The position numbers and the translations under genes were made by a program. DNA of 62,360 nt, from contig CAYPSK010000001.1 of the NCBI GenBank assembly GCA_964413705.1, positions 1-62,360 of the forward strand, given 5' to 3'. Below the pieces are notes generated by a model. The model ran no database searches and was not told the origin of the DNA. It worked only from the letters and a program-made list of their open reading frames with translations. The number at the start of each line of letters is the position of its first letter. The first letter of the stretch is position 1. The DNA comes from Candidatus Woesearchaeota archaeon. GTDB lineage: Archaea; Nanobdellota; Nanobdellia; Pacearchaeales; UBA284. Of this stretch, positions 61,428 through 62,360 are shown piece after piece.

Positions 61428-61952
61428 TTAAGCAAAAGCAGCCAAACCTGTTAAAACAGCTGCAAATGCAACCCATAGAAGATAGGGCACTAGCATCCAG
61501 GCTGCTTTCTTGTCAATTCTCCATGAAAGAATAAGCATGAATATAATAGATATCTCCATGGCAATTATTTCAATAAAAGCAAACAAAGGATTTTTTAAAG
61601 TAAAGAACAAAAGACTCCATACTATATTAAAGATAAAATTAAATCCATAAATCCAGACAATTCTTGGCTTATCATCCTCTTTTGCATTTGTCCAGGTAAA
61701 ATACAAAGCCAAGGCAATAAGTACAAAGAGAATTGTCCATGCAATTGGAAAAACAAAATTCGGCGGCGTTATACTTGGTTTAATCTGCTGATACCAAGCA
61801 GAGCCAGTTCCCTGGCTAGTAAATATACCCCCAAGATAAGCCACAAAAATAACAATGATGAAAGATATAAGAAATACTTTCCAGTTGAACTTCTTTTTCT
61901 TTGATTTTATCTTTGTAATCTTCTTTTTAACTGATTTCTTTTTTCTCACCAT
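61428..61952 (-). CDS. tspO: TspO/MBR family tryptophan-rich sensory protein
   Basis: WYQQIKPSITPPNFVFPIAWTILF..., five TM helices, and the Trp-rich pattern typical of TspO. Confidence 0.85.
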   Translation of the reverse strand: MVRKKKSVKKKITKIKSKKKKFNWKVFLISFIIVIFVAYLGGIFTSQGTGSAWYQQIKPSITPPNFVFPIAWTILFVLIALALYFTWTNAKEDDKPRIVWIYGFNFIFNIVWSLLFFTLKNPLFAFIEIIAMEISIIFMLILSWRIDKKAAWMLVPYLLWVAFAAVLTGLAAFA

Positions 61953-62066
61953 TTTTTACCTCTTTTAATAGACATAATACCAAAACTCTAACTTCTTTTA
62001 AATAGTTCGTTTACTAAAGGGTTTTTATAAAAAGTAAATTAAAATAAAATTTAAATTAATACTTCT

Positions 62067-62273
62067 TTATTCCTTCTTAAACAAGAAATAAATAGTATAT
62101 AGTGCAGCCACACCCACTAGGATGTAGACTATTGTTGAAACAACAGAACCCACTCCAAAGATAGCATCAACAAGGTTCCAATTAAAAATTCCAACTAATC
62201 CCCAGTTTAGACCGCCTATAATCACAAGGATTAAAGCAATCCAATCTACAGAAACTGTATTCGTACCTAACAA
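62067..62273 (-). CDS. DUF378 small membrane protein
   Basis: VDWIALILVIIGGLNWGLVGIFNWNLVDAIFG is the DUF378 signature. Confidence 0.7.
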   Translation of the reverse strand: MLGTNTVSVDWIALILVIIGGLNWGLVGIFNWNLVDAIFGVGSVVSTIVYILVGVAALYTIYFLFKKE

Positions 62274-62360
62274 AGAAAAGCAAGCTAAAGACGCTCACCA
62301 ATTGGAAGAAATGTTTACAGTTAATGAACCAGAACCAGAAACGGAAACAGAAACAGAAAC

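Noticed and set aside
62311-62360. Possible start of a + strand gene (MFTVNEPEPETETETE...) running off the window
   Set aside because: Only 16 codons are visible and they are a CCAGAA/ACAGAA repeat. I cannot distinguish a real acidic low-complexity protein from a non-coding microsatellite.
1-62360. Search for CRISPR arrays, rRNA genes, IS elements with terminal inverted repeats and transposases
   Set aside because: I found no regularly spaced direct repeats of 25-40 nt, no rRNA-like conserved blocks and no DDE or IS200-type transposase motifs. The only mobile-type genes are the intein, the free-standing LAGLIDADG gene and the tyrosine recombinase.

Overview
AT-rich (about 30% GC by eye, not computed) archaeal chromosome segment. 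PolD DP1/DP2, Orc1/Cdc6, the aP0/aP1 stalk proteins, Hef/XPF, a XerA-type recombinase, class III signal peptides, tight gene packing and many small hypothetical or giant secreted proteins fit a small-genome DPANN-type archaeon. All family calls are motif recognition by eye; no searches were run.

Layout:
- 0-16.7 kb: housekeeping genes. These are an M50 protease fragment, tRNA-Ala, Nif3, the L1-P0-P1 operon, an archaeosortase-like protein, a PAP2 plus polyprenol-kinase pair, glyS, a second tRNA-Ala, purF-like, a secreted nuclease, HIT, Hef helicase and ERCC4 nuclease as separate genes, a 2H phosphoesterase and an agmatinase-like gene.
- 16.9-25.2 kb: cell-surface locus with a pilin-like protein and two giant Cys-rich secreted proteins.
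- 25.2-31.8 kb: DRG-like GTPase, then a free-standing LAGLIDADG gene beside tyrS with a displaced second tyrS 3' end, then membrane proteins and a parvulin.
- 31.8-40.1 kb: replication module. DP2 carries a 470-aa intein, followed by DP1 and Orc1/Cdc6, next to a candidate oriC (inverted ORB-like boxes around an AT-only unwinding element).
- 40.2-45.7 kb: PRC-barrel protein, intron-containing tRNA-Ser, an MPE-like phosphoesterase, prs and Lhr.
- 45.8-59.8 kb: accessory/defence region. It holds HTH proteins, a tyrosine recombinase with a palindromic core-like site, a small membrane-protein operon, a methyltransferase with a convergent partner, HEPN-MNT bracketed by a duplicated Cas4-like gene end, a solo Cas4-like nuclease, a DUF4258/DUF2283-like pair and GC-richer orphan genes.
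- 60-62.4 kb: GrpB, CYTH, TspO and DUF378.

No rRNA genes or CRISPR array were seen.

Most notable observations:
- Three loci where an inserted gene or cassette is flanked by a diverged duplicate of a neighbouring gene's 3' end.
- A bipartite GCGCA intergenic motif present five times, always in the same orientation.
- A 30-nt imperfect palindrome shared by the P0 and glyS upstream regions.
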